DNA of 64,000 bases from Planctomycetaceae bacterium (GCA_947492385.1 CANLMX010000007.1:4877-68876), one strand, 5' to 3'. Positions 8,327 through 18,440 are shown, counted from the first letter of the stretch. Translations and numbers: made by a program. The notes: generated by a model from the sequence alone, not told the origin.

Positions 8327-9244
8327 ATGGCGCGGCCCGGTGTCCAGAACGAACTCCAGCTCTACCTCCGCGAACTCAAGGAGGTCTCCCTGCTGACTCC
8401 CGACCAGGAGAAGGAGCTCGGCTGGAAGATCATCAACGACGAGTGCCCGGAGTCGAAGGAGCGGATGATCACCGCGAACCTGAGGCTCGTGGTCTCGATC
8501 TCCAAGAACTATGCGCACCGCGGGCTCCCCCTCTCCGACCTCATCGAGGAGGGGAACATCGGGCTCATCAAGGCGGTCGAGGGATTCGACCCCGCGCAGG
8601 GGGCGCGCTTCAGCACCTATGCAAGCTGGTGGATCAAGCAGGCGATCAAGCGCACGCTGATCAACGCCGTCCAGCCGATCCACATCCCCGCGTACATGGT
8701 GGACCTGATCGCGCGCTGGAAGCAGACCACGCGCAAGCTCGAGGAACGCCTCGGCCGCCAGCCCACCGTCCACGAGCTGGCAGAGGAGATGGGCCTGCCG
8801 GTCAAGAAGCTGCTGATCGTGCGCCGCGCGGTGAAGGCGTACCACGCGCCCAGCCAGTCTCCCGCCAAGGGCGACGGCGAGGACTCCGACCTCGGGGACA
8901 TCTTCGAGGACACGCGCGGCGTGGCCCCCGAGCGCGACGTCGAGCGGCGCGAGGACCTCGCGCTGATCACGAAGCTGCTCGAGTCGATCGACGAGCGTGA
9001 CGCGCGCGTGCTGCGCCTGCGCTTCGGCCTCGAGGGCAAGGAGCCGCTCACGCTGAAGGAGATCGGCCAGGAGGTCGGCCTGACCCGCGAGCGCGTGCGC
9101 CAGATCGAGGTCGAGGCGCTGAAGAAGCTTCAGCAGCAGCTCAACGACGACCGCCCCACGCGGTTCTTCCGCGAGAACATGCCCGTCGAGGCCCCCCGCA
9201 AGCGCCCCGGGCGCAAGCGCAAGGACGCGCCACCTCAGGGGTGA
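8327..9244 (+). CDS. sigma-70 family RNA polymerase sigma factor (regions 1.2-4.2, RpoD/RpoS-like, no long region 1.1)
   Basis: 305 aa. Region 2 is RLVVSISKNYAHRGLPLSDLIEEGNIGLIKAVEGFDPAQGARFSTYASWWIKQAI. Region 4 is LTLKEIGQEVGLTRERVRQIEVEALKKL. Confidence 0.85.
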   Translation: MARPGVQNELQLYLRELKEVSLLTPDQEKELGWKIINDECPESKERMITANLRLVVSISKNYAHRGLPLSDLIEEGNIGLIKAVEGFDPAQGARFSTYASWWIKQAIKRTLINAVQPIHIPAYMVDLIARWKQTTRKLEERLGRQPTVHELAEEMGLPVKKLLIVRRAVKAYHAPSQSPAKGDGEDSDLGDIFEDTRGVAPERDVERREDLALITKLLESIDERDARVLRLRFGLEGKEPLTLKEIGQEVGLTRERVRQIEVEALKKLQQQLNDDRPTRFFRENMPVEAPRKRPGRKRKDAPPQG

Positions 9245-9257
9245 CGGCGCGTTCGCC

Positions 9258-10391
9258 TCACTTCGCCTTCACCGGGTTGTAGAACGGCATCTTGACGATG
9301 CGCGCCGAGGTGCGCGCCTTCCCGAGGTCGATCTCGAACTCGGTGCCCTCGGCCGCGAGCTCGGTGGGCACGTAGCCCATGGCGATCACCTTGTCGAGCG
9401 TCGGGCTGAGGCAGCCGCTGGTCACGTGGCCCACGTGCTCGCCGCCGCGATGGATGCCCATGCCCTGCCTCGCGGCGCGCCGGCCCTCCACCTCGAAGCC
9501 CACCAGCCGGTGACGCGTGCCCTCGGCCTTGATGCGCTCGAGCGCGTCCTGGCCGATGAAGCGGACGTCGCCGTCGGCGCCCTTGTCGAACTTCACCGCG
9601 AACTCGAGCCCGGCGCTCAGCGGGTCGGTCTCCTCATTGATCTCGTGGCCGTAGAGCGGCATCGACGCCTCGGTGCGCAGCGTGTCGCGCGCGCCAAGGC
9701 CGCAGGGACGCACCGCCGCGGCCACGCCGTCCTTCTCCCGAAGGAGCATCGGCAGCACGAACTTGGCCACGGTCGACCCCATCACGAGCTCCACGCCGTC
9801 CTCGCCGGTGTAGCCGGTGCGGCTCACCGTGAGCTTCGCGACCATCAGGCTCTTCTCGGCGAACCGGTAGCGCTTGAGCGACGGGATCTCGCGGCTCATG
9901 GTGCCCACCATCTCGATGACCTTTGGGCCCTGGATCGCGGCCATCGCGGTCGAGAGCGTGACGTCTTCCATCGAGAAGGTCATGTTCTCGCGCTCCTTGA
10001 CGGCACGGAACCAGTCGAGCAGCTTCAGCCGGTTGGAGGCGTTGACGACCAGCATGTAGTCGTCCTCCTCGTAGCAGTAGACGAGCACGTCGTCGCGCAC
10101 GCCGCCCCGCTCGTTGCACACGAGCGAATAGCGCACCATGCCACGCTCCATGCCCTTGACCTGGCGCGTGCACACGCGATCGAGGAACTTGCGGGCGTGG
10201 CGGCCCGTGAAGCGGACGCGGCCCATGTGGCTCACGTCGAAGAACGCCGCTCCCGTGCGGCACGCATGGTGCTCGTCGATGATCGACCCGTACGACATGG
10301 GCATCTCCCAGCCGGCGAAGTCGACGAATCGGGCGCCGCGCTCGGCGCTCCAGGGGTGGAAGGGCGTGCGGGCAAGCGTGGCGGTGGTCAT
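9258..10391 (-). CDS. gcvT: glycine cleavage system aminomethyltransferase (T protein)
   Basis: In-frame ATG at 10391 (MTTATLARTPFHPW...). Motif FDVSHMGRVRFTGRHARKFLDRVCT and overall GcvT-like sequence, 377 aa. The longer ORF-track version is an upstream extension. Confidence 0.85.
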   Translation of the reverse strand: MTTATLARTPFHPWSAERGARFVDFAGWEMPMSYGSIIDEHHACRTGAAFFDVSHMGRVRFTGRHARKFLDRVCTRQVKGMERGMVRYSLVCNERGGVRDDVLVYCYEEDDYMLVVNASNRLKLLDWFRAVKERENMTFSMEDVTLSTAMAAIQGPKVIEMVGTMSREIPSLKRYRFAEKSLMVAKLTVSRTGYTGEDGVELVMGSTVAKFVLPMLLREKDGVAAAVRPCGLGARDTLRTEASMPLYGHEINEETDPLSAGLEFAVKFDKGADGDVRFIGQDALERIKAEGTRHRLVGFEVEGRRAARQGMGIHRGGEHVGHVTSGCLSPTLDKVIAMGYVPTELAAEGTEFEIDLGKARTSARIVKMPFYNPVKAK

Positions 10392-10443
10392 TGCAGCAAG
10401 GGTAGCCGAAGCGTCCGCGGCGCGGTTATCCTCGACGAGACGA

Positions 10444-12897
10444 ATGCGCCCCACGCACCATGAGCCGCCCCGCCGGGACGTGCGCCCGGACGGGCCAGCG
10501 CGCCGCCGCGCGTCATGGCGGCTGATGCTGCTGCTGGCGCTCGCGCTCGCGATGTCGCTCGCGTGGCCGGCGCGCGCCATGGACGTCGAGGACGAGGCGC
10601 TGGCCGATCGGCCCGTCTCGGGCGTGCGGATCGTGATCCGCGGCAAGAACCAGAGCAGCGAGCAGGAGATCCGCAACAACGTCCGCATCGCCGCGGGCCA
10701 GCCGTTCGACGCCAAGGTCGTCAAGCAGGACGTTTCCACGCTTTACCGTCTCGGCCGCTTCGGGCAGGTCTCGGCGGACGCCATGATCCTGCAGGACGGC
10801 TCGGTCGAGGTCACCTACACGGTGGACGAGCAGGCGATCGTCGAGAGCATCGACTTCGCGGGCAACTACGTGGTCACGGACCAGGACCTCCGCAAGGCGG
10901 TGCCCCTGGTCACCGGCGCGCCGCGCGACGACTTCCTGCTCGAGCAGTCGGTGATGCGCATCAAGGAGCTGTACAAGTCGCGCGGCAACTACCTGGTCGA
11001 GGTGAAGGTCGACGAGAGCAAGCTCGACCAGGGGCTCCTCCTCTTCCAGATCATCGAGGGACCGCGAGTCCGCATCCGCGAGATCGAGTTCGTCGGCAAC
11101 GAGTCCTTCCCGGGCGAGCAGCTTGAGGCGCAGCTGAAGACCAAGCCGTGGGTGTTCCTGTTCCGCAAGGGCGAGCTCGACGAGGAGCTCCTCATCGAGG
11201 ACGTGGCGACCCTCGACCGCTGGTACAAGGACAACGGCTACATGGACGTCCGCGTCGACCGGCGCATCGAGCTGAGCAACGACCAGCGCGAGGTGAAAGT
11301 GGTCTTCGTGGTCCAGGAAGGCCGCCGGTACCGGCTGCGCGACATCATCGTGAAGGGCGAGGGCGGCGCCCCGCCTCGCGTGCTCACGCGCGAGCAGATC
11401 GGCAACCTGGCCGTGATCCAGCGCGGCGACCCGTACCAGCGCAACCTGATCGAGAAGACCCGCAAGGCCATCGAGCAGGCGTACCAGGTGATGGGCTACA
11501 TCGACGTCCGGGTCTTCGACAACTACGTCCGGGTCGGCGAGCAGCCCGAGGTCGACATGCTCGTGTCGGTGCGCGAGGGCAGCGCCTTCGTCACCGGGCT
11601 TGTCCACGTCCAGGGCAACGTGGTGACCCGCGACAAGGTCATCCGCCGGCTGGTGCGCTTCCAGCCCGGGCGCCCGATGGACGGCCGCGAGCTCGAGAAC
11701 ACCGAGAAGCGCCTCGAGGCGTCGCAGATCTTCCGCGAGCCGCGCGTGACCCCACAGACGCCGGACGCGGAGGACCCGACGGTGCGCGACGTGCTCGTCG
11801 AGATCAAGGAGAAGCAGACCGGCTCGGTGAACTTCGGCGTGGGCGCCGGCACCGACTCAGGCTTCTTCGGCGAGGTCTCGGTGAAGGCGCAGAACTTCGA
11901 CCTCGCCGACTATCCGCGCAGCTGGGACGAGTTCCTCGGCGGGCGCGCGTTCCGCGGCGCCGGGCAGACCTTCAACCTGGCCATCGCGCCCGGCATCGAC
12001 GTCAGCAACTACAACCTGACGATCGGCGACCCGCACCTGCTCGACGGCGACTGGGGCGGCAACTTCGGCATCAACTACCGCAACCGCGTCTTCCAGGGAT
12101 TCAACGAGAACCGCACCAGCGGCATCTTCGGGCTCAGCCGCCGGATCGGCGACTTCTGGACGTTCAGCCTGAATCCCCGGGTCGAGACGGTCGAGCTGAC
12201 GAACCTCGGGCCGAACACCCCGGTCGACATCTGGGAGCAGCGAGGCCCGTCCTACGTCAGCCAGGTGATGGCGCAGCTCACGCGCACCGAGGTCGACAAC
12301 ATCCAGCGCCCCGGGCGCGGCACGCAGCTCGAGCTGCAGGTGGGGTACCACGGCGCGTTCGGCGGCGACTACGACTACCCGCAGGTCGGCGTCAACCTCA
12401 CGCAGTTCTTCACCGTGCACGAGGACTTCCTCGGCCGCAAGCAGATCCTGCGCCTGCGCGGCCAGGCCGCGTACATCTTCTCCAACGACGCGCCCGTCTT
12501 CGAGCGCTGGTACATGGGCGGCCGGACGATGCGCGGGTTCGCGTTCCGCACCGTCAGCCCGAAGTCGAACGAGGTCATCGGCGACAACCCCCCCGCGACC
12601 ATCGGCCCATCGACCACCTACACCCCGGTCGGCGGCAACTTCATGTTCTTCGCGGGCGCCCAGTACGAGGTCCCGGTACTCGCGAACTTCATCGCCGTCG
12701 TCGCGTTCGTCGACAGCGGCACGGTGAACAACGACAACTGGCTGAACGAGTACCGCGTGGGCATCGGCGGGGGACTGCGCATCTACATCCCGCAGTTCGG
12801 CCAAGCCCCGATCGCGCTCGACTTCGCCTACCCGATCGTGAAGCAGGAACTCGACGAGGAGCAGATCTTCAGCTTCACGATCGACCTGCCCTTCTGA
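10444..12897 (+). CDS. bamA: outer membrane protein assembly factor BamA (POTRA repeats plus Omp85 barrel)
   Basis: ATG at 10444; an alternative start is at about 10525 just before the signal peptide MLLLALALAMSLAWPARA. POTRA-like repeats (VSGVRIVIRGKNQSSEQEIRNNVRIAAGQPFD...) and a C-terminal barrel ending ...QIFSFTIDLPF. Followed by skp-lpxD-fabZ-lpxA as in many Gram-negatives. Confidence 0.85.
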   Translation: MRPTHHEPPRRDVRPDGPARRRASWRLMLLLALALAMSLAWPARAMDVEDEALADRPVSGVRIVIRGKNQSSEQEIRNNVRIAAGQPFDAKVVKQDVSTLYRLGRFGQVSADAMILQDGSVEVTYTVDEQAIVESIDFAGNYVVTDQDLRKAVPLVTGAPRDDFLLEQSVMRIKELYKSRGNYLVEVKVDESKLDQGLLLFQIIEGPRVRIREIEFVGNESFPGEQLEAQLKTKPWVFLFRKGELDEELLIEDVATLDRWYKDNGYMDVRVDRRIELSNDQREVKVVFVVQEGRRYRLRDIIVKGEGGAPPRVLTREQIGNLAVIQRGDPYQRNLIEKTRKAIEQAYQVMGYIDVRVFDNYVRVGEQPEVDMLVSVREGSAFVTGLVHVQGNVVTRDKVIRRLVRFQPGRPMDGRELENTEKRLEASQIFREPRVTPQTPDAEDPTVRDVLVEIKEKQTGSVNFGVGAGTDSGFFGEVSVKAQNFDLADYPRSWDEFLGGRAFRGAGQTFNLAIAPGIDVSNYNLTIGDPHLLDGDWGGNFGINYRNRVFQGFNENRTSGIFGLSRRIGDFWTFSLNPRVETVELTNLGPNTPVDIWEQRGPSYVSQVMAQLTRTEVDNIQRPGRGTQLELQVGYHGAFGGDYDYPQVGVNLTQFFTVHEDFLGRKQILRLRGQAAYIFSNDAPVFERWYMGGRTMRGFAFRTVSPKSNEVIGDNPPATIGPSTTYTPVGGNFMFFAGAQYEVPVLANFIAVVAFVDSGTVNNDNWLNEYRVGIGGGLRIYIPQFGQAPIALDFAYPIVKQELDEEQIFSFTIDLPF

Positions 12898-12948
12898 CCC
12901 GCCGCCGCGGCCGCGGGTCGATCCCGGCCCGACGTACACTCCGACCCC

Positions 12949-13641
12949 ATGCACCGGAACTCCGTCACCGCCGTCGCCGCCGCAGCGGCCGCGATCGGCG
13001 CCATCGTCGCGACGCTCGCCGGCCAGGCCGGCGCGTCCGCCCGAACCGCGCCCGCACCCACGCGCGTCGCCGTCGTCGATCTCGTGAAGGTCATCGAGCG
13101 CCTCGACGAGCGCGCCGACTGGGAGGTGCAGATCGCCGCCCTGGGCAAGAAGATCCAGGAGGAGTTCTCCGCCCGGCGCAAGGGGCTCGAGGAGATGGCA
13201 GGCACCATGGAAGCCGCGGCCGAGTCCGAACGCATGGCCATCCGCGACAAGGTCGCGTTCGAGCAGCTGCAGTTCGAGCAGTGGGAAGCCATCAAGAAGA
13301 TCGAGGTCGACCGCGAGCGCGCGCTCATGTGGCAGAGCATGTACCGCAACGTCCGGGCCGAGTGCCAGAAGCTGGCCGAGGCCGAGGGCTACGACGCGAT
13401 CCTCGTCAACGACGGCGTCGGCGAGATCCAGCTGCAGCGCGAGTCGAAGTCGCCGCTCGAGGCGCAGGCGCAGGAGCAGATCGTGCGCCGCCGCGTGCTC
13501 TTCGCGGCGAAGTCGATCGACGTGACCGACCAGCTGGTCGTGCGCATGAACAACGCGCACGGGAGCGCCGCGCGCCCCGTGGGGTCCGCGCCCGCCGCCG
13601 CACCCGCGCCGGCACCCGCGCCCGCCGCCACGCCGAAGTGA
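12949..13641 (+). CDS. OmpH/Skp-family periplasmic chaperone
   Basis: 230 aa. Signal peptide, then a coiled-coil region and the motif AEAEGYDAILVNDGV typical of OmpH. Located after bamA. Confidence 0.75.
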   Translation: MHRNSVTAVAAAAAAIGAIVATLAGQAGASARTAPAPTRVAVVDLVKVIERLDERADWEVQIAALGKKIQEEFSARRKGLEEMAGTMEAAAESERMAIRDKVAFEQLQFEQWEAIKKIEVDRERALMWQSMYRNVRAECQKLAEAEGYDAILVNDGVGEIQLQRESKSPLEAQAQEQIVRRRVLFAAKSIDVTDQLVVRMNNAHGSAARPVGSAPAAAPAPAPAPAATPK

Positions 13642-13661
13642 ACCGAACCGAGGACCACCCC

Positions 13662-14327
13662 ATGAGCACCGCCCCGCGTTCCCGCCGACTGCCCACGTTC
13701 CTCGCAGGCGCCGCAGTTGCCGCGCTCGCCGCCGCCGCGGCGTTCCCAGACCGCCCCGCGAAGGTCGCGAGCATCGACATCGCGCGCGCGTTCGCCTCGG
13801 TCGACGAGCAGAAGTCGATGGAGGCCGCGATCAAGTCCGTCGGCGAGCGGATGACCGCCGAGAAGGACCGCCTCAGCCGGCAGCTCCAGGACCTCAACGC
13901 CGAACTCGAGAGCTACAAGCCCGGCTCGCCGCCGTACAACGAGACCCTGAAGAAGGTCGAGGCCGCGGTCGGCGCGATGCGTGCCCAGGACCAGTTCGGC
14001 CAGCTCAAGATGGAGGCCGAGCGCGCCTCCGCCATGCGCGAGCTGTACGTGCACATCCGCACCGCCGCATCCGAGGTCGCGAAGGATTCCGGGATCGACT
14101 ACGTCGTCGTGAACGACGCGCTCGTCCCCGTCGAGCCCGCCGGGCTGGCGGCCACCCAGCAGCAGCTCAACTCGCGCCGCTTCCTCTTCGCCAATGCCGA
14201 GATGGACATCACCGAGGCGGTGATCGCCCGCGCCAACGCCGACTTCAAGGCCCGCGGCGGCACCGTGCCCATGGCCCCGGCCGCGCCGCCCGCCGGCACC
14301 GCCACCCCCGCCGCGCCGAAGCCGTGA
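13662..14327 (+). CDS. OmpH/Skp-family periplasmic chaperone (second copy)
   Basis: ATG at 13662 (MSTAPRSRRLPTFLAGAAVAALAAAAA...). Coiled-coil region and AKDSGIDYVVVNDALVP. Paralogous layout to the preceding gene. Confidence 0.7.
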   Translation: MSTAPRSRRLPTFLAGAAVAALAAAAAFPDRPAKVASIDIARAFASVDEQKSMEAAIKSVGERMTAEKDRLSRQLQDLNAELESYKPGSPPYNETLKKVEAAVGAMRAQDQFGQLKMEAERASAMRELYVHIRTAASEVAKDSGIDYVVVNDALVPVEPAGLAATQQQLNSRRFLFANAEMDITEAVIARANADFKARGGTVPMAPAAPPAGTATPAAPKP

Positions 14328-15361
14328 GCCAGGCCGTGCATACGTCCGGATCGATCGCGCAGCTCGTGGGCGGCACGCTCCGCGGTCCCGCGGACCGGCC
14401 CGTCCGGGGCCTCGCGACCGCAGGCGAGGCGGGCGCCGAGCAGCTCACGTTCGTCGGCGACCTCGTGAACGCGAACCGCTGGGCGCAGGGCGCGGCGGGA
14501 ACGGCGATCGTGGCACGCGGCATCGAGCTTCCTGCGCACGACGCCGCCACCCGTGCCGTGATCGAGGTCGAGAACGCCGACCTTGCCATGATCCCGGTGC
14601 TCGAGCTCTTCTTCACGGGCGACCCGCTTCCCGAAGCGGGCATCGACGCCGCCGCACGCGTGCACGCGTCGGCGAAGCTCGCGGCCGGGGTACGCATCGG
14701 CCCCGGCGCGGTGATCTCCGCCGGCTGCTCGATCGGCGAGGGTGCATCGATCCACGCGAACGCCGTGCTGTACGAGGGCGTGTCCGTCGGGGCGCGCACC
14801 ATCGTGCACTCGGGGGCCGTGATCCGCGAGCGCTGCGCGGTCGGCGCCCGCTGCATCGTCGGCGCGAATGCGGTCATCGGGGGCGACGGATTCGGCTATC
14901 GCGCCAGCGCCGACGGCCGGTCGGTGCTGCGCATCCCCCACCTCGGGAACGTGGTCATCGAGGACGACGTGGAGCTTGGTTCGGGCTGCATGGTCGACCG
15001 CGGCAAGTTCGGCGCGACCCGGATCGGCGCCGGGAGCAAGCTCGACAACCTCTGCCAGATCGGCCACAACGTGGTCATCGGCCGCATGTGCATGATCTCG
15101 GGCCAGACCGGGATCGCAGGAAGCACCGTGGTGGGCGACGGCGTGCAGATGGGCGGCGGCGTGGGCATCGCGCCGCACATGCGGATCGGCGCGGGTGCGC
15201 GCATCGCGGCGCGTGCGGCGGTCATGTGCGAGATCCCGGCGGGTGAGACCTGGGGCGGCTATCCCGCGCAGGAGATTCGGGGCGCGTTGCGGGAGGAAGC
15301 CGCGCTGCGTAAACTCGCCGGCAACGCCAAGCCGCTCCTGAAGCTGCTGAAGGACGCCTGA
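14324..15361 (+). CDS. lpxD: UDP-3-O-acylglucosamine N-acyltransferase
   Basis: 345 aa. LpxD N-terminal domain, then left-handed beta-helix hexapeptide repeats (IGEGASIHANAVLYEGVSVGARTIVHSGAVIRE...). 4-nt overlap with the upstream stop. Confidence 0.85.
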   Translation: MSQAVHTSGSIAQLVGGTLRGPADRPVRGLATAGEAGAEQLTFVGDLVNANRWAQGAAGTAIVARGIELPAHDAATRAVIEVENADLAMIPVLELFFTGDPLPEAGIDAAARVHASAKLAAGVRIGPGAVISAGCSIGEGASIHANAVLYEGVSVGARTIVHSGAVIRERCAVGARCIVGANAVIGGDGFGYRASADGRSVLRIPHLGNVVIEDDVELGSGCMVDRGKFGATRIGAGSKLDNLCQIGHNVVIGRMCMISGQTGIAGSTVVGDGVQMGGGVGIAPHMRIGAGARIAARAAVMCEIPAGETWGGYPAQEIRGALREEAALRKLAGNAKPLLKLLKDA

Positions 15362-15414
15362 CGCGCGGCCACGCGCCCTCGGGGCGCCCGGGCCGCGAGA
15401 CGAGCCCGATCGCC

Positions 15415-16788
15415 GTGACCAGCGCCCACGCCACCGCCCAGCCCTCCGCCATGCGGCCCGACGTCGTCGGATCGCCGAGGCAGCGCACGGTCGCGTCAGC
15501 GGCCACCGTCGCGGGCAAGGGCCTGCTGCTCGGGCGCGAGGCGACCCTGACCATCCTGCCCGCCCCGCCGGACCACGGCATCGTGTTCGAGCGCACCGAC
15601 CTTGACCGGCCCGCGGTGATCCCCGCGCTCGTGACGAACGTCGTGCCCAATGCGCGGCGCACGACGCTGAAGAGCGGCCAGGCGACCATCGAGACGGTCG
15701 AGCACTGCCTGTCCGCGCTGCGGGGGCTCGGCATCGACAATGCCCTGCTGCGCCTGCACGGGCCCGAGCTCCCGTGCGGCGACGGCAGCGCCATGCCGTT
15801 CGTCGACGCGATCCGCCCGGGCGGCGTCGCGGAACAGGACGCGCCGCGGCGCACGTTCAAGCTCCTCGAACCGATCGTGGTCGAAGAGGGCGACGCGTCG
15901 ATCGCCGCCATCCCGGCCGACAGCCCGGCGGGCATGCGCGTGATGTACGACCTCGACTACGGGCGCAACGCGACACGGATCCCGCACCAGGCGTGGAGCT
16001 TCGACCCGGCGCGCGACGACTACCTCGCGGAGATCGCGCCCGCCCGCACGTTCTCCCTGCGCGAGGAGGCCGAGGCGCTGTGGCAGGCGGGCATGTGCCG
16101 CCACCTCACCCCGCGCGACGTGCTGGTCATCGGCGAGGACGGCCCCATCGACAACGCGTACCGCTTCCCCGACGAGCCGGTGCGCCACAAGATGCTCGAC
16201 TGCATCGGCGACCTGTCGCTCGTCGGGACGATCGTGGAGTGCCAGGTGGTCGCGAACCGGTCGGGGCACGGGCTGAACCGGCAGCTCGGCATGCGCCTGC
16301 TCCGCGCCGTGCAGCGCTCGCGGCAGGCGCGCGTGCTGGTCGAGGGACGGGCGATGGACGCCCGCGCGATCGGGCGGCTGATGCCGCACCGGTTCCCGAT
16401 GCTGCTCGTCGACCGCGTGCTCGAGCTCGAGCCCGGGCGCCGCGCGACGGGCGTGAAGAACGTCACCATCAACGAACCCTTCTTCCAGGGCCACTACCCG
16501 GGCACCCCGATCATGCCCGGCGTGCTGATCGTGGAGGCGCTCGCGCAGATGGGGGGCATCCTGCTGAGCCAGACCCTGGAACACACCGGCAAGGTCGCGG
16601 TGCTCCTCTCGCTCGACAAGGTGAAGCTCCGCAAGGCCGTGACGCCGGGCGACCAGCTCGTGCTCGAGGTCGAGACCATGCGGGCGACCAGCCGCAGCGC
16701 CGCCGTGCGTGCGCGCGCCGTGGTCGGCGAGAAGGTCGCCGCCGAGGCGGAAATCCGCTTCATGATGGTGGACCAGGACTTCGAGTGA
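15415..16788 (+). CDS. lpxC-fabZ: bifunctional UDP-3-O-acyl-GlcNAc deacetylase / 3-hydroxyacyl-ACP dehydratase (LpxC-FabZ fusion)
   Basis: 457 aa with a GTG start. The N-terminal half is LpxC-like (TIETVEHCLSALRGLGIDNALL..., HKMLDCIGDLSL). The C-terminal half is FabZ (PHRFPMLLVDRVLELEPG...INEPFFQGHYPGTPIMPGVLIVEALAQ). Confidence 0.85.
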   Translation: MTSAHATAQPSAMRPDVVGSPRQRTVASAATVAGKGLLLGREATLTILPAPPDHGIVFERTDLDRPAVIPALVTNVVPNARRTTLKSGQATIETVEHCLSALRGLGIDNALLRLHGPELPCGDGSAMPFVDAIRPGGVAEQDAPRRTFKLLEPIVVEEGDASIAAIPADSPAGMRVMYDLDYGRNATRIPHQAWSFDPARDDYLAEIAPARTFSLREEAEALWQAGMCRHLTPRDVLVIGEDGPIDNAYRFPDEPVRHKMLDCIGDLSLVGTIVECQVVANRSGHGLNRQLGMRLLRAVQRSRQARVLVEGRAMDARAIGRLMPHRFPMLLVDRVLELEPGRRATGVKNVTINEPFFQGHYPGTPIMPGVLIVEALAQMGGILLSQTLEHTGKVAVLLSLDKVKLRKAVTPGDQLVLEVETMRATSRSAAVRARAVVGEKVAAEAEIRFMMVDQDFE

Positions 16789-16807
16789 CGAATCCGCAAG
16801 GAACCGC

Positions 16808-17653
16808 ATGACGCAGACCCGCGAACGAGCCCCCTCGATCCACCCCACCGCGATCGTCGACCCGAGCGCACGGCTCGCCCCGGACGTCGTCGTTGGCCCG
16901 TGGAGCATCATCGGCCCGCAGGTCTCGGTCGGCGAGGGGACGGTCATCGATAGCCACGTCGTGATCGAGTCGCACACGCGCATCGGGCGCCAGAACCGAA
17001 TCTTCCCGTTCGCGTACGTCGGCGGCACGCCGCAGGACAAGAAGTTCTCCGGCGAGCAATGCCACTGCGAGATCGGCGACCGCAACCAGATCCGCGAACA
17101 CGTCACCATCCACCGCGGCACCGGCAACGGAGGCGGCTGGACGCGGATCGGCAGCGACAACCTCGTCATGGGCACCGTACATGTCGCGCACGACTGCGTG
17201 ATCGGCAACGGCTGCATCCTCGCGAACAACGTGATGCTCGCGGGGCATGCCGTGGTACAGGACCATGCCAACATCGGCGGCGGCGCGGGCATCCACCACT
17301 TCGTGGTGATCGGCACGTGCGCGTTCGTCGGCGCGATGGCCCGGGTGTCGATGGACGTCCCGCCGTTCATGATCACCGAGGGCAATCCGGCCGAGGTGCG
17401 CGGCCACAACCACATCGCCATGGCGCGCCGCGGATTCACCGAGACCGACATCGAGGCGATGAAGGAGGCCTACAAGCGGATCTTCCGGGACCGGGGCGGG
17501 AGCCTCGCCGAGAAGATCAGCGGCCTGCTCGCGAAGTACCCGGGCGTGCGTTCGGTGGAGATCCTGGTCAACGCGGTGAACGCGCAGGCCCGTGGCGTCC
17601 ACGGCCGCTCGCTCGAGGCGCAGCGACCTGACGACCGGCACCGCCGCGGGTGA
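16808..17653 (+). CDS. lpxA: acyl-ACP--UDP-N-acetylglucosamine O-acyltransferase
   Basis: 281 aa. IHPTAIVDPSARLAPDVVVGPWSIIGPQVSVGEGTVI hexapeptide repeats and an LpxA C-terminal helical domain. Confidence 0.85.
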   Translation: MTQTRERAPSIHPTAIVDPSARLAPDVVVGPWSIIGPQVSVGEGTVIDSHVVIESHTRIGRQNRIFPFAYVGGTPQDKKFSGEQCHCEIGDRNQIREHVTIHRGTGNGGGWTRIGSDNLVMGTVHVAHDCVIGNGCILANNVMLAGHAVVQDHANIGGGAGIHHFVVIGTCAFVGAMARVSMDVPPFMITEGNPAEVRGHNHIAMARRGFTETDIEAMKEAYKRIFRDRGGSLAEKISGLLAKYPGVRSVEILVNAVNAQARGVHGRSLEAQRPDDRHRRG

Positions 17654-17678
17654 CCCCGGCACGGCTATCATCCCCCGG

Positions 17679-18440
17679 ATGAGCGCCTCGTCCCGTCAGG
17701 AGAAGGTCGACGAGATCATGGACCGTGCCGAGGCGGCGCTTCGGCGGTCGCAGTGGTTCGAGGCCGAGCGCCTCGCGGTGCGCGCCATGGAGCTCGCGCG
17801 CGCGCAGGACGACTTCGGGACGATGGCCCGGGTGGCCCTTCCGCTCCAGGAGGCGCGGCGCCAGCGCGTGCAGGAGGCGCTGGGCGCGAAGAAGCTCACG
17901 ATCCTCGAATCGGGTGCCGAGATCACCGAGGACATGCCGCTGAAGCCCGGGTGCTACCTGGTGCAGCCGCCCGCAGTGGGCGCGGATGCGCGCCGGCTCC
18001 GGTTGGCCGCGCTCAAGCACGAAGTTCCGATCGCCGTGATGTGCCGCGAGCCGCGGTCGCGGCTCGGGCTGTGCCCGGTGGTCGCGATCGGCATGGTGAC
18101 GGTACGCACCCGCATCGAGCCGCCGAAGGCATGGGACAAGCCGGACCCCAAGTGGTTCGTCGGGGCGATGGAGCAGCTCGGCGACGCGGCGATCGCGATG
18201 CTCGACACGGGCATCGAGCTCGACCGCCAGATCGACTTCGTGCTTTCGGCCCTCGACTCCGTGCCGGACCACGAGAAGCTGCACCAGTTGCTGGGGTCGC
18301 TGTGCCGGGAAGCCTCGAAGGGCTTCGTGCGCAGCCAGCACGCGGACGCGCTGGACGAGGAACTCGCGGGCGTCGACGAATCCGAGCTCGCCGCCGACAT
18401 CGAGCCGCCCACCAAGCGCAAGCGCAGCGCCGAGGACTGA
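17679..18440 (+). CDS. hypothetical cytoplasmic protein (no recognisable motif) downstream of lpxA
   Basis: In-frame ATG at 17679 (MSASSRQEKVDEIMDRAEAALRR...), 253 aa, acidic C-terminal tail. It occupies the position often held by lpxB or lpxI. Confidence 0.5.
   Translation: MSASSRQEKVDEIMDRAEAALRRSQWFEAERLAVRAMELARAQDDFGTMARVALPLQEARRQRVQEALGAKKLTILESGAEITEDMPLKPGCYLVQPPAVGADARRLRLAALKHEVPIAVMCREPRSRLGLCPVVAIGMVTVRTRIEPPKAWDKPDPKWFVGAMEQLGDAAIAMLDTGIELDRQIDFVLSALDSVPDHEKLHQLLGSLCREASKGFVRSQHADALDEELAGVDESELAADIEPPTKRKRSAED

Noticed and set aside
10392-10443. A glycine riboswitch upstream of gcvT.
   Set aside because: Only about 52 nt (at most about 130 nt if bamA starts later) are available. 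The conserved glycine-aptamer elements (GGAGAG…CACCGAAGGGGCAA) are not present on the minus strand.
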